A DNA stretch of 64,000 nt from Fimbriosthenelais zetlandica. Its lineage: Eukaryota. A program made the position numbers and the translations under genes. Shown in pieces: positions 62,224 to 64,000 of the stretch. The notes beneath the pieces are model-generated. The model saw only the letters and a program-made list of their open reading frames with translations, did no database searches and was not told the origin of the DNA. The DNA is taken from NCBI GenBank assembly GCA_977030845.1, contig OZ365111.1, positions 43,028,001-43,092,000 on the forward strand, given 5' to 3'. How positions within the stretch are numbered: position 1 is the first letter of the stretch; the number at the start of each line of letters is the position of its first letter.

Positions 62224-64000
62224 GTAAGTGTGCTCCGATGGGAGCCATCCAACCCCCAGGTGATCTCGTCTCTCATACCAATTCATCCCGATATCATTTT
62301 GATCTATTTTCTATCCAATTTTTCATCTATTACATCATATTTTCAATATTATTTCCCACATACTTTTAAGGCATCTAATATAGTCAATTAAAAAAATGTT
62401 TTTTAAAACTATTTTTGTATGGAAATGAAATTTCTTATGGATATTTCGGCGTTTTGACATGAAAATGGACGTAACAAATTGATTGGTTTTGATTATCATG
62501 ATCAATTGGTAACCTTTGACCCCACTGGGGACAGATGTACAGCCCTCCCCCTGCCAACCCTGCCTTTATTTTGCCACCCAGTGTGCCTTGATCTGACATT
62601 TTGAGATTTTCTTTTAATTTTCTTTACTTTGGGGACGAGGTGTTAAAATTGGCTGTTGGTGTCGCATGAATGTTCGCCCTCTGTAAGTTTGGCTGTCTAT
62701 GGGGAATATTTTCCACCACCAGCTTTGTACATTTTGTATCATAAACCGAAGCTTCCAAAATTATTTATTTGGCTTTGCTGTATTTCCTTGCATTCCAAAC
62801 TCACCAAATTATCACTTGAACACATTCAGCAAAGAAAGGGCGATGTTTCTTTCTTCATTTTAGCCCTTCATTCACAAAAATATCTATATTTCTTCCAATT
62901 ATATGAAAGCTCTGAATATTACACTACAGTATAGCAATCCCTGCTATTATGCGTTGAAGAGTCTAAAAATATAGGGAAGGTGCAACAAAGGATTTTGAAG
63001 GTACACAGTGCTGTGATTTGTGACCTCAAAGCGTTTACTAATAATTAGGTATTTTTGGGTAATGCGAGAATGTCCGCCTATTAAGGGGACTTGGCGCCAC
63101 TCGAATAGAAGTGTAGGTGATGTAATTTCAGGCCGTTAAAATGGGCCTGGCCCCCTTTAATTGGTTAATTGGAACTACTCGCTGAAGTCTCCCAATATAT
63201 ATAAGGCATTGTACAACTGCGATATAGCCTATGGTTGTATAATGGGCCCTATGATAGTGCATGTTAGTCTCAGATATTGAGGGCGGTGCATAATCCCGTG
63301 AGCAAATCCTGATTTCAAGTGAACGTTTTGCAGAATCTGGTATTTTGAATGCATTATGCTCGCCAGATACTGCAAGCTGAAAGTTTAAAAACAGGTTTTG
63401 CGAGTACTCGCGAGAATTTGGTTTGTCCCAGTTTTATCCTACTAACAAATTGAGTTCACAGTTTGAAACGAATTTCATAGAAATTAAGCAAGAGCACTGT
63501 AAAAAGGCTTTGATTTGGTTTGAGGTGGTACAATTCATTGAAAACCCCCACAAGACTGATCAATATATTATTTTTTTCAGTATCACTATTGTTTGCCTAA
63601 TATATTTGAGTTTTAAGTTTGTACATTTGAGAATGGTTTGAATATTTGATATATAACTTTGCTTTGCCTTGATATTTTAGTGTAAATTCCTTTTGCAGAT
63701 GGACAACTATGATTTAATGAATATCCTCTTGCAAATATGCCTTTATTACCCAAGCATGTAATTTTGTTCAGAGATGCCATTTTCAATCTGATCTAAGCTT
63801 AGCTCGTTTTGAAATAAGAAATTCCAGAAATTAAAGCTTTTTCATAAATTAAACCTGTATGAAGTTAAGATTTATGATGAATAAATTTTTAAAAAATGAT
63901 ATAGGGCCTATTAATTTTTAAATTTAATACAAACCAATAGTAATTTCGGTATATATATATATCAATTTATCATTCAGCAAAATTTATCGAAAACTTTTAG

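Overview
AT-rich, intron-rich animal DNA, probably from a marine invertebrate (inferred from repeat types; no database search was run). Three genes were reconstructed by hand with consistent GT-AG boundaries and splice phases. (1) Claspin, minus strand, 28 coding exons, 9824-22467, about 1394 aa, with three Chk1-binding motifs. (2) Directly upstream on the same strand, a 14-exon gene (23815-29743, about 522 aa) with an N-terminal bHLH and a C-terminal HMG box. This is the architecture of the meiotic initiator MEIOSIN (BHMG1), and here the bHLH basic region looks intact. (3) A two-exon PhyH-family Fe(II)/2-oxoglutarate dioxygenase, plus strand, 34507-36117. The first 9 kb holds promoter-motif clusters and two unexplained structured elements. 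The last 25 kb is mostly non-coding, with candidate exons of unidentified genes around a probable bidirectional promoter at 46.3-46.7 kb. MITEs, SINE/LINE fragments, micro- and minisatellites, and a hairpin repeat in six Claspin introns are also present. No rRNA, intact tRNA, CRISPR array or autonomous transposon was found.
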